Shown here in pieces: positions 1 to 5,453 of a DNA stretch of 6,413 nucleotides. The notes under the pieces were generated by a model. The model had not been told where the DNA came from, ran no database searches, and saw only the letters and a list, made by a program, of their open reading frames with translations. Each line of letters begins with the position of its first letter. The stretch's first letter is position 1. This DNA comes from a virus. Lineage: Duplodnaviria > Heunggongvirae > Uroviricota > Caudoviricetes. The stretch lies in IMG/VR virus record IMGVR_UViG_2778261509_000013, one strand, 5' to 3'. A program made the position numbers and the translations under genes.

Positions 1-1005
1 TTAATCCCCCGTGGACACTGCGTGGACACTTACGCCACCTTTCAGCGGATTAAGGGCCACCGCATCCTGCAGGTAATCCGGTGCAAAATGCGCATATGCC
101 ATTGTTTGCTGAATGGTTGCGTGACCAAGAATCTTCTGAAGCGCAATAATGTTTCCTCCGTTCATCACAAAATGGCTGGCGAACGTATGCCGCAGCACAT
201 GTGCAGCCTGGCCTTTTGGTAAATCGGGCTTAACTCTTTTCAGCGCCAGGCAGAATTCCCGGTACTTCACCTCAAACAAGCCGCCTGTTTCTCTGGTTTT
301 GATCGCCTCACAAACTGCCTGCGAAATTGGCACTGTTCTCTTCCGGCCATTTTTGGTTTCAAGAAACGTTACACGGTTATGAACTATCTGTTCACCACGA
401 AGCTTACAAGCTTCACTCCAGCGCGCCCCTGTGCTTAAACACAAAAGCGCAACACGCCAGTAGTCGCCCTCCAGTGTATCGAGCAATAGCGCCACTTCCT
501 TCTGTGACAGGAACGCCATTTCTCGTGGAGATACATAAAGAATAGAAATTCCCCTTACTGGATGTTCTGCATCCCAAAGACCTATTTTTTTCAGCACGGT
601 AAACATTCCGGATAACCGATTCATGTACCTGTTAGCAGATGACGGTTTCAATCCTTCAGCTATCTTTTGAGAACGCCACGCGATAATTTTCAGCTTATCA
701 AGATCCACAGCCTGCATATCAGCGCCAAGCTCATTGATTATGTTGCGCAGTTGTTTTCGGTCTTCTTCCGCCTTACGCCTGTGCTGGCCGTGATACATCC
801 ACCACAACTCAAGCAAATCATTTAGCGTTCGACGATCACGGTAGCCCTGTATATATTCCCGCTTTTCAGCGTTCGCCATGATGTAGCGTTCAGTGGCCAC
901 CGCTACCGATTTTTTGTCAAATACCTTACGCACGCGCTTTCCCTTGCGTCCGTTCGGCCTGATGTCCAGCAAATAACGACCATCTTCGAGCTTCTTAATC
1001 GACAT
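1..1005 (-). CDS. int: Tyrosine recombinase / phage integrase (P2 Int-like), complete; stop codon at 1..3
   Basis: The 339-aa minus ORF contains tyrosine-recombinase motifs: a box I arginine (LSTGARWSE), HVLRHTFAS (HxxR), and GH...TMAYAHF with the catalytic Tyr near the C-terminus. The N-terminus MSIKKLEDGRYLLDIRPNGRKGKR resembles P2-family integrases (recalled, not searched). The ORF track starts at TTG 1018..1020; the in-frame ATG at 1003..1005 is preferred because a GGAGGG Shine-Dalgarno lies about 7 nt upstream on the minus strand. Confidence 0.9.
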   Translation of the reverse strand: MSIKKLEDGRYLLDIRPNGRKGKRVRKVFDKKSVAVATERYIMANAEKREYIQGYRDRRTLNDLLELWWMYHGQHRRKAEEDRKQLRNIINELGADMQAVDLDKLKIIAWRSQKIAEGLKPSSANRYMNRLSGMFTVLKKIGLWDAEHPVRGISILYVSPREMAFLSQKEVALLLDTLEGDYWRVALLCLSTGARWSEACKLRGEQIVHNRVTFLETKNGRKRTVPISQAVCEAIKTRETGGLFEVKYREFCLALKRVKPDLPKGQAAHVLRHTFASHFVMNGGNIIALQKILGHATIQQTMAYAHFAPDYLQDAVALNPLKGGVSVHAVSTGD

Positions 1006-1101
1006 TACGAAGCCCTCCAATGAACCGCTCTACAATTTCTCCAGCCTCTTTCCAGCAATAATCAGACCAGACAAAAAGCAGGTCTAACCAGTTTTCTGGC
1101 C

Positions 1102-1422
1102 TCAGCGGGATAATTTTTGGATTGTTTCGGTTGAAACGCGATCTCCCTCCGAATTGCAGGAACCATCAAGAGAGAGAGCCGGAGAAATTTGCCCGACCTC
1201 CGGCATCGTTTCATCTGTTGATAACCAATAAGCATACTTCTTAAATTTAGGGTGTTTCGTAACCTTAAGTAAGGCACCCTCTGTTACTTGCTTCCCCCTC
1301 ACCTCATAGTTAGTTACCGTCCCATAAGGCAGCCCAACACAATCCGCAAACTCCTGGCGGGTCATACCTTCTGCTTCACGAATCAGGCGAAATTTTTCAC
1401 CCATGCTTGACAAAGATGCCAT
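1102..1422 (-). CDS. C: Phage immunity repressor, P2 C-like helix-turn-helix protein (~106 aa)
   Basis: The translation has an HTH segment (MTRQEFADCVGLPYGTVTNYEVRGKQ) and a C-terminal region (KFKKYAYWLSTDETMPEVGQISPALSLDG) resembling the P2 C repressor as recalled. It sits directly upstream of int on the same strand, as in P2. The ORF track starts at GTG 1474..1476; the ATG at 1420..1422 is preferred because GGAGGA lies about 10 nt upstream on the minus strand. Confidence 0.8.
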   Translation of the reverse strand: MASLSSMGEKFRLIREAEGMTRQEFADCVGLPYGTVTNYEVRGKQVTEGALLKVTKHPKFKKYAYWLSTDETMPEVGQISPALSLDGSCNSEGDRVSTETIQKLSR

Positions 1423-1535
1423 ATCGGGCATATCCTCCATCGCAACATGCCACATCGGGCACAAACATAAAAACACTCAAATAAGCCGATATAAGCCATT
1501 TTGAGCCATTCGAACGAATTAGGGAGATTACCACA
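1423..1535. promoter_or_regulatory. Divergent promoter/operator switch region between C (leftward) and cox (rightward); includes three tandem 10-bp repeats at 1481..1510
   Basis: A 113-bp AT-rich gap separates two divergently transcribed regulator genes. Three contiguous 10-bp repeats (ATAAGCCGAT / ATAAGCCATT / TTGAGCCATT) lie 26..55 bp upstream of the cox ATG. P2-type C repressors are known to bind direct repeats. The -35/-10 hexamers could not be placed confidently by eye. Confidence 0.5.
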
Positions 1536-1823
1536 ATGAGCGAATCAGAGCTTGGGGGGTTCATTCAGGTAGCACCATATCCACTTGAAGCGGTGCCATA
1601 TCAACTATTCGCCAAGATGATCGGCCGCAAGGAATCCACAGTCAGAACCATGATTGACGCAGCAAAGCTACCGACAATTGACTTTGTGAAACCAGGTTCA
1701 GTAAAGACGCGTGCATCAGAAAACTGGGTATATCTGCCAGCATTTAACGAAGGCATGCGCAAAGCGTTTTTTGAGCAACCGAAAGAACGCCGCGACGCAT
1801 GGTTGTTGTGGCTGGGACTTTAG
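1536..1823 (+). CDS. cox: Cox-like excisionase/transcriptional regulator (95 aa)
   Basis: The translation ends ...RRDAWLLWLGL and contains AVPYQLFAKMIGRKESTVRTMIDAAKLP and NWVYLPAFNEG, resembling P2 Cox (recalled motifs PYQEFAKLIG, YWVYLPAWN, WLMWLGL). A GGGAGA Shine-Dalgarno lies 8 nt upstream of the ATG. It is the first gene of the rightward operon, opposite C. Confidence 0.85.
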   Translation: MSESELGGFIQVAPYPLEAVPYQLFAKMIGRKESTVRTMIDAAKLPTIDFVKPGSVKTRASENWVYLPAFNEGMRKAFFEQPKERRDAWLLWLGL

Positions 1824-1829
1824 TCATAA

Positions 1830-2036
1830 ATGACCAGCCATATCATCAGCGCCATTCTGACCCTTGTTTTTATTGAGATAGGCGTAATAGAGATCTATTT
1901 GTTTCGCAAGTTAACGGGACATGAAGAACGCTTTATTGAACTCAGCATTGAATATATCGCCGCTTATACCAAAGGACTTTTCCCGGCAGCTATTGGGGCG
2001 ATGTTTATAGCGTTTGTTATCTGGTTTATCGGGTGA
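1830..2036 (+). CDS. Small hydrophobic (two predicted transmembrane segments) early protein, 68 aa, unknown function
   Basis: The ORF starts 6 nt after the cox stop. The translation has two hydrophobic stretches (IISAILTLVFIEIGVIEIYLF and LFPAAIGAMFIAFVIWFIG) around a charged loop. No clear Shine-Dalgarno, so it may depend on coupling to cox. Confidence 0.5.
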   Translation: MTSHIISAILTLVFIEIGVIEIYLFRKLTGHEERFIELSIEYIAAYTKGLFPAAIGAMFIAFVIWFIG

Positions 2037-2075
2037 GAAACCTGACAACCCACAACTACTGCAATGAGGGTAATT

Positions 2076-2183
2076 ATGTGTGGCATGGACAAATTGGACC
2101 TTATGTTAATTGTAATACTATCAATTAACTTCGGTTACCTCTTAAGCGGCGCAATTCTCATGTGCGGAGGCAAACGAAAATGA
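2076..2183 (+). CDS. Possible 35-aa hydrophobic peptide (MCGMDKLDLMLIVILSINFGYLLSGAILMCGGKRK); not in ORF track
   Basis: ATG at 2076 with GAGGG 5 nt upstream; the stop TGA overlaps the next ATG (ATGA at 2180..2183). Low confidence because the ORF spans an AT-rich segment containing a perfect palindrome that could instead be regulatory DNA. Confidence 0.25.
   Translation: MCGMDKLDLMLIVILSINFGYLLSGAILMCGGKRK
2105..2129. repeat. Perfect 8-bp inverted repeat GTTAATTG-N9-CAATTAAC (candidate dimeric protein-binding site)
   Basis: Read directly: gttaattg (2105..2112), spacer taatactat, caattaac (2122..2129). It lies in the most AT-rich part of the cox-to-A interval. Confidence 0.5.
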
Positions 2184-2287
2184 ACCAGCAGTCCGCAAAA
2201 CGTGAAAACAATGCGATGCGATTTAATCGCAAATATTTTGAGTTCGGCCTCTATGCCGGAATAATTAAATCTGTACAGAGTCTTTAA
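2180..2287 (+). CDS. Small basic ORF, 35 aa (MNQQSAKRENNAMRFNRKYFEFGLYAGIIKSVQSL); not in ORF track
   Basis: GGAGG at 2166..2170 lies 9 nt upstream of ATG 2180. The TAA stop at 2285..2287 is 1 nt before the ATG of the next gene (2289), suggesting translational coupling. Confidence 0.4.
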   Translation: MNQQSAKRENNAMRFNRKYFEFGLYAGIIKSVQSL

Positions 2288-2288
2288 C

Positions 2289-2630
2289 ATGAAACAGCAA
2301 CGTAATTCACGCTTTCGCAATGGTGCAGAACGCCACGCTAACCGTTTTGCTACCAGTGCATCACGCAGCAACATCCGCTACAGCCTGAGTGATACACACG
2401 CAACGCCGGATGGCTACCCAGTAAAACAAATCGGCGAGCATGCCTGGCTGATTGAGAAAGCTGGAATCGTGATCCACAAATGCCCACGCAATCCGTTTAC
2501 CGGAAACCGCATTTTTGCATTGAGCTGCGGCGACAATCACTTCGGGCAGGATTTCACATTATACGAAGCACTACGCACGGTTGATCGTCTGCTTCGCGGG
2601 CAAAGTTTTATTAAACAGGCTGATTTATAA
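2289..2630 (+). CDS. Hypothetical early protein, 113 aa, Arg-rich N-terminus
   Basis: ORF-track ORF on the operon strand, immediately downstream of the small ORF (stop/start 1 nt apart). No recognisable family from the translation. Confidence 0.6.
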   Translation: MKQQRNSRFRNGAERHANRFATSASRSNIRYSLSDTHATPDGYPVKQIGEHAWLIEKAGIVIHKCPRNPFTGNRIFALSCGDNHFGQDFTLYEALRTVDRLLRGQSFIKQADL

Positions 2631-2640
2631 CAGGTGCTTT

Positions 2641-2919
2641 ATGACCAAAGAGCATGCACAAGGTGTATTTATCCGTTTTATTGATTTTCGCGGTGAACTG
2701 TTATTACGCGCATCGGCTATTGATGCTGTAGTCCCGGCAGCAAAAGATGTGGCCACTTACCTTTATCTGAACGGCACGCGATTGTTTGTGGAACTTCCGT
2801 ACCAGACCGTACGAGAAATCATTAGTGAAGCTGAAAAGGCACGCCAAGCTAATGGCGATGCACCCTATATCGAAATTATTTGTATGGATTCAGAAGCTGA
2901 AATTAAGAAAGCAGATTAA
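2641..2919 (+). CDS. Hypothetical early protein, 92 aa (MTKEHAQGVFIRF...)
   Basis: The ORF track starts at TTG 2581, which overlaps the upstream gene. The ATG at 2641 is preferred: AGGTG lies 5 nt upstream and it starts 10 nt after the upstream stop. Confidence 0.6.
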   Translation: MTKEHAQGVFIRFIDFRGELLLRASAIDAVVPAAKDVATYLYLNGTRLFVELPYQTVREIISEAEKARQANGDAPYIEIICMDSEAEIKKAD

Positions 2920-2930
2920 AGGGCGTTGTG

Positions 2931-3173
2931 ATGGGCAAAGAATATAAAACTCTCATTAACAAAGCACTTGAGCGTTTTTATTTTCGCTTAAGTGCATCAG
3001 GCGCTCATGCTGAACGTGCAGCCCGTGACTCATTGACCAGGGCAATCCGGAGTCTGTATGACGTGGCTTTTTACGCTGATGATCTGGATGCACTTAACGA
3101 ACTTTCCGAGCTGATCTGTGCCGCAGAATGCGGGGAACATATTGAACCGTATAAGCTGGGGAATATTGCATGA
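2931..3173 (+). CDS. Hypothetical early protein, 80 aa
   Basis: ATG at 2931 (ORF track starts at GTG 2928) with AAGGG 7 nt upstream. The stop TGA overlaps the next ATG (ATGA at 3170..3173). Confidence 0.6.
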   Translation: MGKEYKTLINKALERFYFRLSASGAHAERAARDSLTRAIRSLYDVAFYADDLDALNELSELICAAECGEHIEPYKLGNIA

Positions 3174-3283
3174 GTATATTTATCTCATGGCTTGTTCTGA
3201 TTATTTCGGTGGTTTGCGCAATTGGTATTATGCGAATTATTCATTCAGTAAAAAAGATTGAACGTTTTTTCACTGGCGAATAA
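3170..3283 (+). CDS. 37-aa single-pass membrane peptide (MSIFISWLVLIISVVCAIGIMRIIHSVKKIERFFTGE); not in ORF track
   Basis: ATGA start/stop overlap with the upstream gene; GGGGAA about 6 nt upstream. The translation is an N-terminal hydrophobic helix followed by a charged tail, the architecture of small membrane toxins and phage membrane peptides. Confidence 0.4.
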   Translation: MSIFISWLVLIISVVCAIGIMRIIHSVKKIERFFTGE

Positions 3284-3376
3284 CAGCATAAACAAAACAC
3301 CAGATTAAATACGAAAACCTGAAAACAATCCGCATTCGCGGAGGCGTTCGCACACGTAAATAACGGAGATACAAAA

Positions 3377-3745
3377 ATGTACGCAAAAGAAGAAGGCATT
3401 ATTCACAACCTGAATGAAATCGCAGATATGCAAGGTGAAGTAGCAAAAGAAGCCATGGCGAATGGCCACATGGACACCGCAACTCTCTCATTAATAATCG
3501 CAAAAACTGCTACTGAAGCCGCTGAAATCATCGAAAAACAGGCCCACGAACTGGAAGTTCTCAGGGCACAGCGAACAAAAGAAAATTCGCCCGCCACCAA
3601 TATCGGCAAGCGAGTTCGCCTCACTGTTGCTGACGACAAAGTTTACATCATCGTGGCTGAAGACCAGGAGAAACTCTTAATAAAGACAATCTCCGCCAGC
3701 CCCGCTCTGGAAGTTAATAAAAAAGAAGTCCACTTCATTGACTGA
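3377..3745 (+). CDS. Hypothetical early protein, 122 aa, acidic, predicted helical N-terminal half
   Basis: ORF-track ORF with GGAG 8 nt upstream of the ATG. No recognisable family. Confidence 0.65.
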   Translation: MYAKEEGIIHNLNEIADMQGEVAKEAMANGHMDTATLSLIIAKTATEAAEIIEKQAHELEVLRAQRTKENSPATNIGKRVRLTVADDKVYIIVAEDQEKLLIKTISASPALEVNKKEVHFID

Positions 3746-3757
3746 CGGAATAACGCA

Positions 3758-4087
3758 ATGGAGAAGCTGAAATATCACATGGCTCTGATGAGCCACATAT
3801 TGAAAAGCGCAAGTGGCTTTTATGTATACCCGTTCAGTCCTTCATGGGATGCGGAGCTACAGCAGCTACTGAATGAAGGCATTCTCATCGCAACGAGCAA
3901 GTACAACGCGATTTTTCATCACAACGGCAACGTCGTTGAAGTATGGATTGCTAATCGCTGGTACGGCTACGGCTGGCTGAACCGCGTTAACGGACGCGAG
4001 ACTGACGCCCGTTGCACCCGCCCACGCTTTCGCACCATGTACCGCCTGCATCAAATGGTGCAGGCCTTCCAGGCAAAGGAAACGTAA
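3758..4087 (+). CDS. Hypothetical early protein, 109 aa, Trp/Tyr-rich
   Basis: ORF-track ORF with a weak Shine-Dalgarno (GGA); an internal start is possible. Its stop overlaps the next start (TAATG at 4085..4089). Confidence 0.55.
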   Translation: MEKLKYHMALMSHILKSASGFYVYPFSPSWDAELQQLLNEGILIATSKYNAIFHHNGNVVEVWIANRWYGYGWLNRVNGRETDARCTRPRFRTMYRLHQMVQAFQAKET

Positions 4088-4290
4088 TGGCAATTAAGCA
4101 TTTTCCCGTCGTTCGCTTTACCTCCAGAGAGCGCGAATACGAGGTCGACGAACGCCTGATTACCACAATCGACAAACACCGTTCAGAAAAGGATGCACAT
4201 CACATCTATCTCACTGACGGCACTTACTTCTGCGCCACGAATGTGGTGCGGGTGAACCTTATCCGACAGGTACAGGAGTCACGCAGATGA
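4087..4290 (+). CDS. Hypothetical early protein, 67 aa (MAIKHFPVVRF...)
   Basis: The ORF track starts at 4012 with an unlikely N-terminal extension. The ATG at 4087 is preferred: AAGGAAA lies about 6 nt upstream and TAATG couples it to the upstream gene. Its stop overlaps the next ATG (ATGA at 4287..4290). Confidence 0.55.
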   Translation: MAIKHFPVVRFTSREREYEVDERLITTIDKHRSEKDAHHIYLTDGTYFCATNVVRVNLIRQVQESRR

Positions 4291-4532
4291 CCATTCTGGA
4301 CTACATCGCCGCCAATCCGGGTTGTAGCGGTGGAGAAATCGCCGCAGCACTGAATACCCCAACCACAGCCATTAATGCGGAGTTACGCCGACTCTGGCGC
4401 AGCGGTTCAGTCATAAGAAAAGAGCGCAAAACAGGCGGTCGCTTTTCTTACCAGATAAACCCGATGCCGTTCGGGTGCGGCAATCCACTTACCAACATGT
4501 TTAACCAGCTACTGAAGGAAGCCAGAGCATGA
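4287..4532 (+). CDS. Small putative DNA-binding protein (possible winged-helix), 81 aa
   Basis: AGGAG lies 8 nt upstream. The translation MTILDYIAANPGCSGGEIAAALNTPTTAINAELRRLWRSGSV looks like a winged-helix recognition unit (inference from sequence pattern only). Its stop overlaps the next ATG (ATGA at 4529..4532). Confidence 0.55.
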   Translation: MTILDYIAANPGCSGGEIAAALNTPTTAINAELRRLWRSGSVIRKERKTGGRFSYQINPMPFGCGNPLTNMFNQLLKEARA

Positions 4533-4828
4533 GCGCCATCAACCACCAGGAATTACGCGAACTGGCGACTGACCTGCAACGAATGGCAACGCCTCAAAAA
4601 TTACTGGCGTTTCGCGCAATGCTCTCGCCGTCTGCTGTGCTGGCGCTGCTGGATGAGCTGGAGCACGCCAGAACCACACCTCTCGCCATTCGCCTGACGC
4701 TCCATCATGAAATCGCTGATTTCTGCGCGACATTGGAGGCGCCAGGCGAACCGGAAACGCCGGAAGCAATACAGCAAGAGCTGCTGCAACGCATTGACAA
4801 GGTTTTTGATTTTTTTCTGAACCAGTAA
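4529..4828 (+). CDS. Hypothetical early protein, 99 aa, acidic and Leu-rich
   Basis: ORF-track ORF with AAGGAAG upstream; last gene before the structured intergenic region. Confidence 0.6.
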   Translation: MSAINHQELRELATDLQRMATPQKLLAFRAMLSPSAVLALLDELEHARTTPLAIRLTLHHEIADFCATLEAPGEPETPEAIQQELLQRIDKVFDFFLNQ

Positions 4829-4849
4829 GAAACCAGAGCATGCACACAC

Positions 4850-4878
4850 AAAAAAACCGCTTGCCATGCCGCAATCGG
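4850..4878 (-). terminator. Possible intrinsic terminator on the minus strand (imperfect hairpin plus U7)
   Basis: The minus strand reads CCGATTGC-GGCATG-GCAAGCGG followed by TTTTTTT (plus-strand A-run 4850..4856). The 8-bp stem has one mismatch. No minus-strand gene is evident upstream of it. Confidence 0.3.
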
Positions 4879-4950
4879 TCAGGTTACATTTCCGCTGCAC
4901 CTTATAAAACGGGTGCCGGGATTCTCAACCCGATACAGAGCAAAGCGCAT

Positions 4951-4972
4951 AACCGCGCCAGCGGTTTTTTTG
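4951..4972 (+). terminator. Rho-independent terminator-like hairpin plus T-tract on the operon strand
   Basis: AACCGC-GCCA-GCGGTT followed by a 7-T run (4965..4971), about 125 nt downstream of the 4529..4828 stop. Confidence 0.55.
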
Positions 4973-4983
4973 TGCGTACTGTA

Positions 4984-5012
4984 TTGCCACGTCTTTTTCG
5001 CGTCAGAATTAT
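4984..5012 (+). promoter_or_regulatory. Candidate sigma70-type internal promoter (TTGCCA-17 bp-AATTAT)
   Basis: The -35 TTGCCA (4984..4989) matches consensus at 5 of 6 positions, the spacer is 17 bp, and the -10 AATTAT (5007..5012) matches at 4 of 6. It lies just downstream of the terminator and upstream of the stable hairpin. By-eye match only. Confidence 0.3.
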
Positions 5013-5026
5013 GGCGGGGCGTACGG

Positions 5027-5045
5027 GGCCGACTTCGGTCGGGCC
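5027..5045 (+). other. Stable stem-loop with a C(UUCG)G tetraloop (GGCCGAC-TTCG-GTCGG(G)CC)
   Basis: Read directly: 5-bp perfect stem ccgac/gtcgg closing a TTCG loop (5034..5037), extended by 2 bp across a 1-nt bulge. There is no clean T-tract after it, so it is unlikely to be a terminator. Confidence 0.5.
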
Positions 5046-5064
5046 GGATTCTTTGCTCTCCGGT

Positions 5065-5105
5065 GTTGAGAACCCTGTACGTCTCGCCACCCCGAGATTC
5101 TCAAC
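5065..5105. repeat. Inverted repeat GTTGAGAA-N25-TTCTCAAC upstream of the 5151 gene; related motif copies at 4921..4945 and 5051..5058
   Basis: Perfect 8-bp arms at 5065..5072 and 5098..5105. The motif ATTCTCAAC also occurs at 4921..4929. A second motif, GAGCAAAG, occurs at 4938..4945 and 5133..5140, with its reverse complement CTTTGCTC at 5051..5058. Confidence 0.5.
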
Positions 5106-5150
5106 TCTGGATGGTGAGTTATTTCTATCACCGAGCAAAGAGGCCACACC

Positions 5151-5381
5151 ATGGCAAACCGCAAACAGCACCGCGCTATCGCGGAGCGTCGTCACATCCA
5201 GACTGAAATCAACCGCAGACTTTCCCGCGCATCACGCGTCGCGCAAATCATGCACATCAATATGTTGCATGAGCGCAGCCACGCACTATCAAACATTTAT
5301 TCCGCCTCTGTTTTCAGCTATCTGGCGGATGATCTGCACGAGCTTCAACAGCTCATCCAGCAGCAAAACAAACTCCATTAA
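5151..5381 (+). CDS. Hypothetical small basic protein, 76 aa (MANRKQHRAIAERRHIQTEINRRLSR...)
   Basis: AAAGAGG lies 7 nt upstream of the ATG. The Arg/Lys/His-rich N-terminus suggests nucleic-acid binding (inference). Confidence 0.55.
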   Translation: MANRKQHRAIAERRHIQTEINRRLSRASRVAQIMHINMLHERSHALSNIYSASVFSYLADDLHELQQLIQQQNKLH

Positions 5382-5453
5382 TTCCTGTTCCGGGCCTTTC
5401 CTGCACCTTGCGGCGGGAGGCCTTCGCACATCTGTAACAAGAGGATTGCCGCA

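Noticed and set aside
22-545. Plus-strand ORFs 22..222, 149..382 and 327..545
   Set aside because: They lie entirely inside the integrase gene on the opposite strand, where the integrase frame carries clear catalytic motifs.
1018-1020. TTG start for integrase (and GTG 1474..1476 for C, TTG 2581 for the 92-aa gene) as given by the ORF track
   Set aside because: In each case a downstream in-frame ATG has a properly spaced Shine-Dalgarno, and the extension would overlap upstream features; the ATG starts are preferred.
1064-1085. AGACC-N12-GGTCT inverted repeat between int and C
   Set aside because: Only a 5-bp stem with a large loop and no U-tract; insufficient to call a terminator or binding site.
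1062-1277. 71-aa minus-strand ORF
   Set aside because: It overlaps the C repressor gene in a different frame; the C frame has the HTH motif and the P2 C-like C-terminus.
2135-2374. 79-aa minus-strand ORF
   Set aside because: It opposes the operon direction and overlaps the 2180..2287 and 2289..2630 plus-strand ORFs, which have ribosome-binding sites; no Shine-Dalgarno.
3403-4175. Minus-strand ORFs 3403..3639, 3866..4093 and 3987..4175
   Set aside because: They are antisense to plus-strand genes that have ribosome-binding sites or translational coupling.
4539-4900. Minus-strand ORFs 4539..4874 and 4601..4900
   Set aside because: They are antisense to the coupled 4529..4828 gene and extend into the structured non-coding region; no start signals.
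4971-5000. P2/186 late-promoter activator site (TGT-N12-ACA, Ogr/B box)
   Set aside because: No TGT-N12-ACA pairing is present in the region, and it lies in the early rather than the late region.
4880-5150. tRNA gene, retron msr/msd or CRISPR array in the structured intergenic region
   Set aside because: No T-loop GGTTCGAATCC-type motif or cloverleaf arrangement is visible, there is no reverse transcriptase gene nearby, and there are no regularly spaced identical repeats with unique spacers.
5392-5420. Hairpin GGCCTTTC...GGGAGGCC between the 76-aa and 121-aa genes as a terminator
   Set aside because: The stem needs G-U wobble pairs, has a 14-nt loop and no following T-tract; more likely incidental.
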